A stretch of 61,213 bases of DNA, filler included, from Porpidia crustulata (taxonomy: Eukaryota), in NCBI GenBank assembly GCA_964255105.1. It is 6 parts of 6 records of this genome, joined end to end, with 100 filler letters (N's around TTAATTAATTAA, not from the genome) between each part and the next. Parts side by side here need not be neighbours in the genome. Positions count along the whole stretch, not along the records: positions 10,255 to 20,376 come from CAXUWE010000825.1; positions 20,477 to 30,589 come from CAXUWE010000826.1; 4 more parts are not named here. One strand, given 5' to 3'. Made by a program: the position numbers and the translations under genes. Positions 14,341-26,200 of this stretch are shown here, piece after piece. Under the pieces are notes generated by a model. That model was not told the DNA's origin, searched no databases, and saw nothing but the letters and a program-made list of their open reading frames with translations. The number at the start of each line of letters is the position of its first letter. Position 1 is the first letter of the stretch.

Positions 14341-14810
14341 GCACGACCTTGCCTTTTCGTGATTCCTATGGACGTGGGGCTATTTGGGAGAGGACGCAGC
14401 TATGGTTCTGAACGATTATAATGCCTATCGTGTGACTTGACCGGTGAGAACAATCCGTGACCCAGATGACCTAGATGCTTCAACGGGAGGAACCATTGTA
14501 ATGGGAGTAGCGACATTTCTTTGTTCAATCGAAATTCGCAATTCTCATACCCGATGAGCCCTTTGAGTGATGCTGAGGATGCAGCTGACTGGAAGATACC
14601 GGGCATGCACATCTTACATGATCAGGCCGGCCAGTAGTTACTCTGAAGAGTTATGATCCACTTGGATGCTTTACTGATAGACATTTATCTGTACTGGACC
14701 ATGTCGAGGTCGTAGTACGCTGGAATCTAATCCAGTCATTTCGAACCACGAGAGAAACCGGACAAAAAATAAATATGTGTATTACAGATGAATTACATGA
14801 GTTGCCGAGC

Positions 14811-16361
14811 TTAAGCCTTCCTTGCCTCGAGTAGGCATCTCCCGACGGGTTTTCCATCTCCGAATCCCTTCTCCTTATCGAATACTTTCCTTCCACGTAC
14901 CCAAGTTCCCCTGACCACACCCCTGAGCTTCATTCCTTCATACGCACTGCACTTGTTCCGAAATAGCATCTCCTCGCGCCCAACCACAAATTCCCCCTCG
15001 TCATCGAAGACGGTCACATCGCCATCCAGCCCCACGGCCAACTCCCCCTTTTGATGTTGCAGCCCGACCTGTTTTGCAGTGTTCTTACAGCACCAAATCG
15101 CCACTTGCGTGGCAGTGATATTGTACTTACGACCAGATGTCCAAAGGATACTCAGCCCAAGGCCGACAGAAGAGACCCCGCCCCAGGCGGTGAAGAAATC
15201 ACCATCTATAGCCGCTGAAGCGACTTTTGGCGCTAATCTACCTGGAATGCTTTGAGGTAAAATCTTGAGGTCCGGGGTGCAAGGGGAATGGTCGGAGACC
15301 ACGGTAGAAATTACACCATCGTCTCTGCGGAGGAGCTCCTCCCATAGACCAATCTGGTTCGCTTTGGTACGTATAGGTGGACAGCATTTATGTCGTGTAT
15401 CACCATTCTTGATGGCTTCAGCTGCGAGAGTCAGGTAGTGAAAGCACGTTTCTGCTGTGATCTTGATACCGCTGGCGCGAGCTTCCCGGATCAAGGGGAT
15501 GGCTTCGGTGGCCGAAAGATGAACGATATGAAGTGGCAAATTTGGGGCGAGGTGGGCAAGTGAAAGGATCTCCGAGATGGCATAGATTTCGAAGGAAGCG
15601 GGACGAGATGCCAGGAACGTCCTGTACTCATCCAAGGGGCCGATTGGTGCAAGTGGAGGTAATGACCATTGGACGTCGTCGCCGACGGAGTCCGTGATAG
15701 GAGGGATCATCTCGGCGTGGAACATCAACGTCGTAGACTCATTCGCCAATTCACACATGACTTGAGCAACATCGAGCGAAGAAACCGCGGGAAACTCGTC
15801 GACGCCGCTGTCGATCAAGAATCCCTTGAAGCCCTTCACGCCCTCTTTGATAAGGCCTTTCAGTTCCCCTACGTTCCCAGGCACAATGCCGCCGTAGAAA
15901 CCCACATCCACCCAGCACTGACCTTCGGCGGCCCTTACCTTCTCCCGGAGTCCGCGCACTGTCGTGGTAGGCGGTATGGCATTCAACGGCATATCGACCA
16001 CAGTGGTCACACCGCCGAACGCCGCAGCTCGGGTTCCGGTGTGGAAGCCTTCCCATTCCGTCCTGCCCGGTTCATTGAGGTGCACGTGCGTATCAACGAG
16101 ACCAGGTAGGAGAATGTAGGGGGAGTGGTCCACGTAGTGTGTTCCCACTGGAAAGCTAGAGGGTGGAAGAATCAAGTGGGATATGGAGATTATTTGTCCG
16201 GAATCGAGAGAAATGACAATTGTGGCTGGAATGATTTCATCTCCGACAACGGCTCTGGTGGACGCAAGGACGGTGATGTTCGAATGTTGCGCCGGCGGGG
16301 TGTTGGGCTCATTGGGAGGCGTGGGGGCCGGCGTTGGATAGCCGTTGATGTTCGAAGCCAT
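14811..16361 (-). CDS. DAL1: Allantoinase
   Basis: LPGLVDTHVHLNEPGRTEWEGF, GGVTTVVDMPLNAIPPTT, FHAE, HIVHLS, AETCFHYL, KCCPPIR, VVSDHSPC, AWGGVSSVGLGL; intronless. Confidence 0.97.
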   Translation of the reverse strand: MASNINGYPTPAPTPPNEPNTPPAQHSNITVLASTRAVVGDEIIPATIVISLDSGQIISISHLILPPSSFPVGTHYVDHSPYILLPGLVDTHVHLNEPGRTEWEGFHTGTRAAAFGGVTTVVDMPLNAIPPTTTVRGLREKVRAAEGQCWVDVGFYGGIVPGNVGELKGLIKEGVKGFKGFLIDSGVDEFPAVSSLDVAQVMCELANESTTLMFHAEMIPPITDSVGDDVQWSLPPLAPIGPLDEYRTFLASRPASFEIYAISEILSLAHLAPNLPLHIVHLSATEAIPLIREARASGIKITAETCFHYLTLAAEAIKNGDTRHKCCPPIRTKANQIGLWEELLRRDDGVISTVVSDHSPCTPDLKILPQSIPGRLAPKVASAAIDGDFFTAWGGVSSVGLGLSILWTSGRKYNITATQVAIWCCKNTAKQVGLQHQKGELAVGLDGDVTVFDDEGEFVVGREEMLFRNKCSAYEGMKLRGVVRGTWVRGRKVFDKEKGFGDGKPVGRCLLEARKA

Positions 16362-16570
16362 GCTGATTCTACTAGTGAGCCCCCAGAGAATTTTTTCTCA
16401 ATTCTTTGGAAGTTTATGTGAATCAAAATGCAAGATTTCAAGCCTTACCATACCGAGATAAGCATTTCGCTTCAATCAGGAGGCCTACAATTAAATTAAA
16501 ATAATGTCAAGATAGGGAGCAAGTCCAATGGATTTATGAAGGTTTTATAAGGTCTGTCATTCCAGCGGCT

Positions 16571-16616
16571 CCCCACAAAGCCCCACAACGCCCCACAAAG
16601 CATCCGGTACCGCCCG
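16571..16616. promoter_or_regulatory. Three tandem CCCCAC boxes (CreA-type SYGGRG on the minus strand) next to a CGG-N6-CCG site (UaY/Ppr1-type core), upstream of allantoinase
   Basis: CCCCACAAAG CCCCACAACG CCCCACAAAG followed by CGG-TACCGC-CCG at 16605-16616; GATAAG sites nearby (about 16456 and 16848). Confidence 0.5.
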
Positions 16617-17712
16617 GGGTTTGGGACGAAGTTGGTTAAGGGTGCAACCTGGAAAGGACAGTTGGGCTGCCATATTTGTTGCCGCTAGATACGCGATCAA
16701 TTTCTCTTACTCGATCAGCCTGGGTAGCTTATCGTAGTCATACGACAACCCTGACACGTAGTGAAGCGGTCCAAGCTGCGATTGTGTGGTTGAAGTCCGA
16801 GAAAGACCCTGATATCTTATCATCGTGCTGCTTTGGGATTAGCGCTGAGATAAGTAGCCGGAAACGACTTTTGATCAACTTCGTCATTCTGGTGCAAGTT
16901 CAACAATTTCAACAACCCACCGGAGAAGTCTGATGGAAGTCCAGCAAGATTGTTCCAGTGCGCTCGGCGTGACATGAGTGCTAGAACTTCTGAAAACTTA
17001 TTCAACCACATCGTAACGTGCAAATTGGTCAGAACGATGCCGAAGTTACTAGGGTCGAGTTCGGCATAGCCAGAAAGCTAAATCAGTCTATCGAGTAATG
17101 GTTACTCGATGAAATGCTCATTTGAACCTCGACTGTCGAGAAAGAGGCGTTCACAACCAGGCCACGTGTTGGTAGCTGAAGCCGACACATGAGTAAATCC
17201 GCCGTCATTTCTGCCACTTCGATTCACCGAGGATCCACATCCCGATAAGGTGCTGTGAGGATCGGTTTTTAGGATCCTTGAACCCCCTTACAACGCGTAT
17301 CCTCTGGTCTATCGGAGCAAATTTCCAGAATTTACGACTCGTCGTTGCAATAGACAGATCTTGGTGGGCTGTATGTTCGTTTCTTGGAGTAATCTGACCT
17401 TTAACGATGACTGCGTGTTAGCCTTACGGGGCAATTGACGTAAGTCTGCGACGCAAGATAGAGTCAAATATATACTTCGGCTTGTATGTCCGAATACTTG
17501 TTCCTTGACTCATGAGAAGTTGAGACTTGATCTGCTGATCTAGACCGCTTCGAGAAGGAATTCTGGGCCCCTGATACTCGTTTTCGACAGTACTGGGTGG
17601 GTATTTCCAATGTCGGACAGCGAGGAGAGTGAATCGGTTCAGGTTGGCCTTTATGAGCTTCAAAATTAATCTCATGCCTCACTGCGTTTCAGCTAGCTTA
17701 GAAAATCATGGA

Positions 17713-18602
17713 CTATCCTGCCTTGTTTCTTCTTTGCCGGATACTTTCGTCGTAACCCTTCTTTGTAATTATGAGCTTTGACCGATCCTGGCTCTGTTCC
17801 TGCTCTTCACTACTAATGACCCACGTTTTGATAATCTTCTTAATCTCAATCTCTTTCTTACCCTTCTCTCGAGCTTCTTTCAGCCTTCGTAGATAGCCGG
17901 CATAGACTACAGCCTCAGCCACACCAATCATGCCACTTCCCCCCATACTCAATCCAAGTCTTGTAGGGGTACTCCAGTGTCTTGCGGCCAACCAAATAGC
18001 AACGCTGCATGCAACGATAGATATTAGTATGTTTATAATCAGAGCCATTTGACGATTAATGTCTAAATATGTGACTTGGTCATCCTCATCAATATCTGCT
18101 TGAGTTGTAGCGGAGAAAAGCTTCGAATTTGATGAGGTAGGATATCTTTGGGCGAAGGTCTCGGCTGGTGTTGGAGGGTTAATCATACGCTCGTAAGCCC
18201 TGGTTTCTTCTTCTCGACGAAGGCGCGCCATGAGGACTTTATATTCCGAAGTCTGAGGGGATCAGCTGAAGAGAACGATCAAGTACACCTTATAGGCTTA
18301 CTTACCGGCTCCGCTTTGGGTTTTGGGGGTTCATTATAAATTCTCGCCCCTCGCAGAAGATCATCAAGGTGAGAAGATGGAAGGGGTTGCGAAGCTGATG
18401 AGCTATCACTCTCTACGCTGTGTTGATTGTGACTTAAAAGCTTCGACAAAGCAATTATTTGTCCGTGTGAGATTGGGTTTCCAACGGCTGGATTGTCTAA
18501 TGAGGGCTCAGATGTCTCACTGGTGCCCTTGAGATCCAGCTTGCTACGCTGAGCTTCTTCTATGGCTACCACGAGAGCAGGTGTCATTGTAAGCCGAACC
18601 AT
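17713..18602 (-). CDS. VPH2: V-ATPase assembly factor Vma12/Vph2 (TMEM199)
   Basis: MVRLTMT..ISHGQII..LDDLLRGARIY..EP|TSEYKVLMARLRREEETRAYERM..RQMALIINILISI followed by two TM helices. Intron 18305-18253. Confidence 0.9.
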
Positions 18603-18792
18603 CGTGATTGGATGGCGTGCTAAGGTACAGTCAAAGATGCGGGTGCTTCCCAACGAAATGGCTTTAGGTCAGGCCCGGCCTCGGTTGTCAATGATCCCTG
18701 CTGCAAATCCATTTGGGCCGTTGGATAGAAAGTCATGATGAATATCTCAATTCCACTCTGTGCCCAGTAGCTGATTGAGAACAACGATTAGC

Positions 18793-20187
18793 ATGAAAGT
18801 CCACCTGCCACCGACAAGAATACTTGCCAGCCCTCCAAGAGTTTCTGTACAGCAGCAGCAGAGCTACTTCTGTCCTAGATGTCTATGCCCCAGACCTAGC
18901 TCTACTGGACGCCGTCCCTCTAAAGCTCGATATCCTCCTGCGCGTAGGCGCAATCAATCAACATGGGCACAAGCCATTTCGACAGTGCAAAATGTGATAG
19001 ACGATGGAATTACCAAGAACAGCATCTTTACTGGTGTATCAGTCGATCCTTTGCGACTTGTTGGGAAAGAGATGAAATTCCTGACCAAAAACATTCAACA
19101 GCTCCTGGGCTCTGGGCATCCGATGCTCGATACCGTAGCTAAGTACTATACGAACTCGGAAGGGAAACATATAAGGCCGCTTCTGGTCCTTCTCATGTCT
19201 CGAGCTACGTCCCACACACCCCGAGGACCTGAACAAGCCTCTGGACGCCCAACTCCGAGCATCGACACACCGATATCCCCTATCTCAATACTCTCCGACG
19301 TAAATCCATCCTCTCCAGAGCATAATTCGCAAGAGTCTGATATACTTCCCTCCCAACGACGGCTCGCAGAAATAACAGAGCTTATTCACACTGCATCCTT
19401 ACTCCATGACGATGTAATCGATCACTCGGTTTCCCGACGATCGTCTCCCTCAGCAAACATATCCTTTGGTAACAAAATGGCAGTCTTGGCAGGGGATTTT
19501 TTACTTGGAAGAGCTTCGGTAGCGTTGGCAAGGTTACGGGACGCTGAGGTCATAGAATTACTAGCAACCGTCATTGCAAATTTGGTAGAAGGGGAATTCA
19601 TGCAGTTGAAGAACACTGCTTTAGATGAAGTAAAACCGGTGTGGACCGAGGAAACACTATCATACTATCTCCAGAAGACGTACCTGAAGTCTGCAAGTTT
19701 GATCAGCAAGTCATGTCGAGCAGCAGCGCTATTAGGTCAACACAGCCCGGAAGTCGTGGAAGCGGCATACTCCTACGGGAGGAATCTAGGACTCGCCTTT
19801 CAACTGGTAGATGACATGCTAGACTATACGATCGATAGGGAGGAGCTAGGAAAACCAGCAGGCGTCGATCTAGAACTTGGCTTAGCTACAGCGCCACTGC
19901 TATTTGCGTGGAAGGACAACGAAGACTTGGGAGTTCTTGTGGGGCGAAAGTTCTCCTTGGAAGGAGATGTGCAGATGGTAAGTCAAGCGAACGTCCTCAT
20001 CCCTGGGCTCCACTGATTGTCCCAGGCCCGAGAAATAGTATCACAAAGCAGCGGCCTACAGCAAACCAGAGCCTTGGCCCAGGAGTACGCCGACAAAGCT
20101 ATGCAGGCCATCAGCGGATTCCCCGATTCGGAAGCCAAGGAGGGTTTAAGAACGATGTGCACGAAGACGATGAAGAGGAGGAAGTAG
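18793..20187 (+). CDS. COQ1: Mitochondrial hexaprenyl/polyprenyl diphosphate synthase
   Basis: GKHIRPLLVLL, QRRLAEITELIHTASLLHDDVID, KTYLKSASLI, AFQLVDDMLD, GKPAGVDLELGLATAP. Intron 19978-20025; ends RRK*. Confidence 0.96.
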
Positions 20188-20376
20188 ACACAAAGAATGG
20201 AGGAGCAAAAGATGTACCATACCCTCACAGCGTTCTGTACAGAAAAAAGGCGCAGCATCCACTCATGTCCCAGTATAGATCATAGACTTGGCTCGCTCTG
20301 CCAACAATAGGCAATCTTATAAATGTACATAGAAGAATCGCTGTCCCGTAGCATCCAGCTTTTCCAAACACCTACC

Positions 20377-20476
20377 NNNNNNNNNNNNNNNNNNNNNNNN
20401 NNNNNNNNNNNNNNNNNNNNTTAATTAATTAANNNNNNNNNNNNNNNNNNNNNNNNNNNNNNNNNNNNNNNNNNNN
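20377..20476. other. Artificial contig linker
   Basis: N44-TTAATTAATTAA-N44. Confidence 0.99.
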
Positions 20477-20521
20477 GGGGGTGGGTGGGTTGATGGCGTT
20501 TTGAGGGTATGAGATTCTTAC

Positions 20522-21840
20522 CTTAGGTCATCGAATTCGCCGGTTTCTATGCCGGCGTCCTTGAGTAATTTGACGCCTTCGGCAAAGGTGATGCGGACGG
20601 CTTTGTCGCCTGGGGGAAGTTTGAAGTTGCCGGCGCCGGGGTAGACTTGGTCGACAACCTTGGTCAGACGTTGATATTCTGGTCGTTCCTGGAGAGATCT
20701 GATGATGAATATCATCAGGCTCTCACTAAAACCGAGAACTTCATGGTAGTGGTTCCGTATGACCATTTCAAAGTCAAGTCCTGTAAACTGCTGGAAATCA
20801 GTGTCATGAAAATATAAGTCATTTCCTAAACGTACCTCCGTAAGGTGCCTATGCGTATTTGAATTCTCCGCTCTAAATACTGGTCCAATTTCACACACCC
20901 TCTTCATATCCATCGCAATTGCCATTTGCTTAAAAAATTGCGGACTTTGTGTCAAGTAAGCTTTGCTATCAAAGTATTTAATCTCAAAAACACCAGATCC
21001 GCCCTCTGTGGCAGCACCGGCGATTTTGGAAGACTGTATCCACCGGAAATTATGCTTGTTCATGTACTCAATGAAAAGGTTGCTGACGCCACTCTGTAGC
21101 TGAAAGATGGCTTGGTTCGCTGCCGTTCGTACATCGAGGATGCGGTTGTTGAGACGGGCGTTGAGACTTACAACCGGGAGACCAGAGCTGTCGACCTCGC
21201 CTTCCTTTTCTTCTTGCCCATCGTCAACTACTGGTGGGGCTCGCATGCAATCTTTCACCTGTACGGGCAGCACTTCCGCAGCCTCGGAGATCATGTAGAC
21301 CTTTTCGACGTGTAGCTCAGAATTTGATATGCTCGTCGATGTGACCGGCTCTTTTGGCTGCTTGATAAGCCCGGTAACTCGAACAATGGACTCGGTATTG
21401 AGACCCCCACACCACTTTACCATCTTCCTCGAGATATTGTATTTCCCCCCCTCTGCGATAACAGCTTGTATAGTATGCGCTTCTTCCCGTAGAACAATAA
21501 ATGCCAGCTTGGCAGACTGGACGCGTGCATTGTGTATTCGGACGTCAACGGTGACTTCCTGCTCCCCTTTCGCATCATAGAGATCCGACAGCTCAGCATA
21601 GTCTTGGTAAGTTGTCGAACTTTCAGGTAATGGACCATAGAGATGTTTGGCGGTATCGTTGGCCTCGGCCTTTTCGCGCTCTTGTCTTTCTTGCTCCTGC
21701 CTTTGTGCTTGCCTCGCTGCTTTTTCTGCCTTTTCCTTCTCTTTCGCGGCCTTTTTCAGAGCACTTTTGCTGGGTGCTTCAGTACTAGACGGCCCCTCAG
21801 CAGGCCTTAATGGCAAATTTGACTCGCCCTGCGCGGCCAT
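20522..21840 (-). CDS. DPS1: Cytosolic aspartyl-tRNA synthetase (3'-truncated by contig end)
   Basis: [14 protein letters not shown] helix, [58 protein letters not shown]. One in-frame intron near 20835-20790; the next intron runs into the linker. Confidence 0.94.
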
Positions 21841-22264
21841 TGCTGGTAGTATTAGGTCGATGAGGGGGTGGTGGGGCAGGGGAATCGAGAAGATATTGCC
21901 AACCGAGTCATGTATCCCGGGCTTCAATAGGGCTGAGAATTGAGTCATGCTTCTGTATCTACGAAGGGATAGTTAAACAGACACAACATAAATTTGAATT
22001 CAAGATCACTAAGTCATGTAAAATGTGAAAACCTATTGTTGTCGAGGACGAAGTTCAAAAAGCAGCGTACAAGTGATTGTTGAAATAGGATTTGATTCAT
22101 TGGCAAGCTGCCTGCTAATACTATGTACAATCGTGATTCCATCCTGTCTCATCCCTGCTCTCTTGGTATCTCCCTTGCTTTTTTATCTTCGTCTCATAAC
22201 ATTGTCGTCATTGAATGGAATGCTTTTCGCTGTCATTGCTGGTTGTCGTCATCGCATATGCCAT

Positions 22265-24377
22265 TCAATAAGTGCGCTGATTGTTACCAGCGATTCTGCT
22301 ACCATCAAGGTCAGAGTCAACACGAGGATCCATTTTGTTCATGGTACTAGAGTTGTGGGGACCGGCAGTATTTGTGTTAGAGCCAATGCCAGTACCGGTC
22401 GTTCCAGATCCGATACCAGACCCAGTAGTTCCTGAACCAAGACCGCTACCAGTCATACCGGTGTTGCTACCAGTCACGCCAGATCCGCGGGTATTGCTGA
22501 GATCACTATCGACGCGGGGATCAGCTTTATTAGCCAAATTGGATGAATGAGGACCAGCAGTGGTCGATGTGTTTCCATAGCCTGAGGATCCCATGCCTGA
22601 GCCAGCGATTCCTGAGCCAGCAGTATTCGAAGTATTTCCGTAGCCTGAGGAACCCATACCAGTACCACTTGTTCCTGAGCCAACACCACTACCGGTCATA
22701 CCAGTATTACTACCAGTCATGCCAGACCGAGTATTACTAAAGTCACTATCGACACGGGGATCGGCTTTGTTGGCCAGATTGGAAGAATGTGGACTAGCAG
22801 TGGTTGAGGTGTTTCCATACCCAGTTGAGCCCATACCTGTGCCTGTCGTGCCTGTAGTAGACCCGGTACCAGTATATCCTGCACTAGTACCCGATCCTAG
22901 ACCAGTTGACGTGCTACTGCCAAGGCCGCCACCTCCCGAAACGTGGGGATCAAGTTTGTTTGCTGTCTCGGTGTGATGAGGACCGCCATGAATGATATCT
23001 TCGTGATGTCCATCTCCGGGGTGGTGGTGATGCTTGTGACCTTCATGGCCAAGAATGCCACCAGCTCCTTCACCAGCACCAGTCGCTCCAATTCCTGATC
23101 CTGTGTTGCTGCCAGTAATTCCAGATCCAGTGCCAGTCGTGCCTGAAGTATTGCTGCCATAACCTGAAGAACCGATACCGGTTCCAGCAGTACCGTGGCG
23201 ATACTTCTCAGCTTCGTAGCCAGCAGCGCCAACACCGCCTGCCACTGCAGCATCGCGGTCAAGATGATGGCCAGAGCCAGTGTTTGACGAGCCTAAGCCG
23301 GTACCAGTTGTTGAAGTGCCAGTATTGCTGCCCAATCCTGACGAGCCAGTATTTGAAGAACCGAGACCTGTACGGGAAGTGCGATTTGGAGGATCCTGTT
23401 GATTCTTGTCAGCTTCGTAGCCAGCAGTGCCTACACCACCAGCTATGGCCGCGTCACGACCAAGACGATGGCCAGATCCAGTATTTGACGAGCCTAAGCC
23501 GGTAGTGCCAGTATTACTGCCCAATCCTGACGAGCCAAGACTCGAATTGTTATTCGAAGAACCAAGTCCTGAACCGGTATTGCCGTGGTGACCATGATGG
23601 TGCTTGTCAGCTTCATATCCAGCGGCACCTACACCACCAGCTACGGCCGCATCACGGCCGAGATGATGGCCAGAGTCAATGCCCGATGAACCTAGGCCGG
23701 TGTCAGTCGTCGAAGTTCCAGTGTTGCTACCCAATCCCGACGAACCCAAAGCACCTCCGGTGCCTCGATGGGAAGAATCGAGACCAGGTCCGCCAAGGCC
23801 GGTAGCATCAGAAGTTCCGTGATGGCCATGACGGTGCTTGTCAGTTTCGTATCCCGCAGCACCCACGGCTCCTGCTGCAGTTGCATCGCGGCCAAGGTGA
23901 GAACCAGTCCCAGTCGTAGAAGTGTTTGAACCAGTCAGACCTGAACCTGAGGTGCCAGTATTGGACCCGAGACCAGTGCCAGTCGTACCATGATGACCAT
24001 GATGATGCTTCTCGGCCTCATAGCCTGCAGTACCAACGCCACCGGCGACGGCAGCGTCACGGCCTAAGTGAGAGCCAGCACCAGCAGTGCCCGTGGTGTT
24101 CGAGCTATTTAGCGGATCGTACTTGTCACCGACATGTGTGCCAGAGCTTGAACCGTGTTCAAGACCACGTTCTGGGGCTCCGGTGAGGCCACCGTGGGCA
24201 GCAGTCATGCCAGTTCCATGTGTATCACGGTTGTACTCTAGATAATCATCATTAGACTGAGCAGCAATTCAAGTGGGCCGGAAACTCACCATTGTTGCCT
24301 TGATTGGCAGCAACGGCTTCAGGTGTGTGCTTCTCGCCGGTGAGAGCGTCTTTGACTTTGTGCATAAGACCCGACAT
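22265..24377 (-). CDS. Gly/Ser/Thr/His-rich fungal dehydrin-like (DPR-repeat) hydrophilin
   Basis: Exon 1 MSGLMHKVKDALTG...; intron 24289-24238. Repeated PHSSNLANKADPRVDSD-type motifs and five HLGRDAAVAGGVGxAGYEAxKH-type repeats. Confidence 0.85.
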
Positions 24378-26011
24378 GTTGGATGAGTTTTTGAAGTGAG
24401 TATGAGGTGAGGTGGGAGTATTTCAGTGAATAGTATTAGATGTTTTGTTCAAGAGATTGAGGAAGATGTTGATTGAAAGAAGAGGATGAGGGATGGTGGG
24501 GTACTTGTAGGCAGATGGGAATTGTCAATTCGTGATCTGCGGCTATCCTTCAGTAAATAACTAGTTCACTTATGTTGAACGGAAAGTGAAGGCCCAAAAC
24601 CTGATCTGGACACCACACATGACAGGTTACAACTGACTTGCAAGCAGGCTACGGGAAGTGTCAAAGAGCACACAGTGATATCATCCGGCTTAACAGCAAA
24701 ATCTTCCCCGCCATTTTCGTGCGATGGTGTTGATCCACCAATCCAGGATCCGCAATGAGATCATCACTGTGGCTGATGACTGTGGCTAATGCAGCACAGC
24801 CACATGATCGACAGCGCTTGGGGCATCTTCCGAACACGGTCTATACTGGAGAGGGTAAAACGTCAGGTACGAGCACCCTCAAGCAAGCTTTTCAATCAAG
24901 TAGCCGACGAATGGTTCAGATCTGCATGTTCGAGACTGTGCTAGGCGACCAAACTCTTTCCCACTTACTTGTTCCCATCGTGGGTTTGGCAGGATAGTTT
25001 GTTATCGCCTGACCTTGGCTACCTATTCGAGCTCTTGTATAATTGCTCAGCGGAATAAAGAGGAATTTCATTGGATGACAGCCGTGATTGGAAATGCATG
25101 CGATGCATCAAATCCCAATTCTCGCCAACAGTATAACGCTATACGGATGTCCCAATTGCAGCGCAGAGATATTTTCACATCAGGGCCCGCAGCTACCACG
25201 CCGCTACTCCGACCAACTCCTCTGCTGGACACAGTGTTTCCATCATACCCGGGCGAAGCCTGGCCTACCGAAATTAAGTCTGTGGGAAGAGGGTCGAGAA
25301 TATTTTCTGCAAGACCTCCGAGGAAAGTGAACAGATAGACAACCGTTGAATTTCTCCAACGCACAGTCGCATCAGAGGATGTGAAGCTTAGCAGCATATT
25401 CCTGCAAGCCGACATCGAACGAAAATGTGATCAAATCGAGACTGTTAAAAGGGTGATCCTGATGAAATTGATAGCACGAACAATGGATGTTATTGGAGGT
25501 TCTGCAATGAATAGTGCCCCAGAAGCCATGGGGCTTGCTTGGTTTGCTGTCTAGCAAGTACTGAACGCTGTTCAAAACAATCAAAATTGTATGACTATTT
25601 CGGTAGGGTGGCCCATCAACACGTACTTCTAGCATCGTCGCCACAGCCCCACGCTCTGGCCACAAAGAAAAGACTCGGGTGGCCTATTCCCATATCCTAC
25701 AGGCCGTCAACACGAGCGAGAACTTCATCCACGAATCCAACGGTACGAGCATTAATGAGAATCTATATAATTGAGCTCTGGACGGATAGAATCGACCTCT
25801 TCATATATTTCGTACTAGTGACGTTTAAATTTCGGAGGGGCAGGATGGATTCGGAGATTAACATAGTAATGAATGAGCCTAGGATATATCAAGTCCTGTA
25901 TCCCGCGTGGACGCAGCAATGTAGTCTTGGCAAGATGGCCGCAGGCTCCCATCGAATTCAGAAGACCCGAGACGTATTGCGCAACACAAGCTGTCAGGAA
26001 ATACGCAGGTC

Positions 26012-26200
26012 TGGACCATATGTCGGTTGGTGGCCCCCATCTAAGGTTCAGCATTGCCTCAGGGCTCCTGAATATTGCTGCACCAATAACGTGACCTTCC
26101 TCCAAATAATTGGCCTTGGGATTAAAGCGATAGACATCACCGCAGTCGCCTGACTGAACTTCGCTGAAGCGGGCTGAATTGTTCCGATAATTGACGATCA
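26012..26200 (-). pseudogene. Isolated fragment of a fungal Ser/Thr protein kinase (about subdomains VIb-IX)
   Basis: IVNY..RFSEVQSGDCGD..GHVIGAAIFRSPEAMLNLRWGPPTDIWS, with no N-lobe and no C-terminus. Confidence 0.7.

Noticed and set aside
22265..24208. Tandem DNA repeats as a CRISPR or satellite array
   Set aside because: They are in-frame coding repeats of the dehydrin-like protein.
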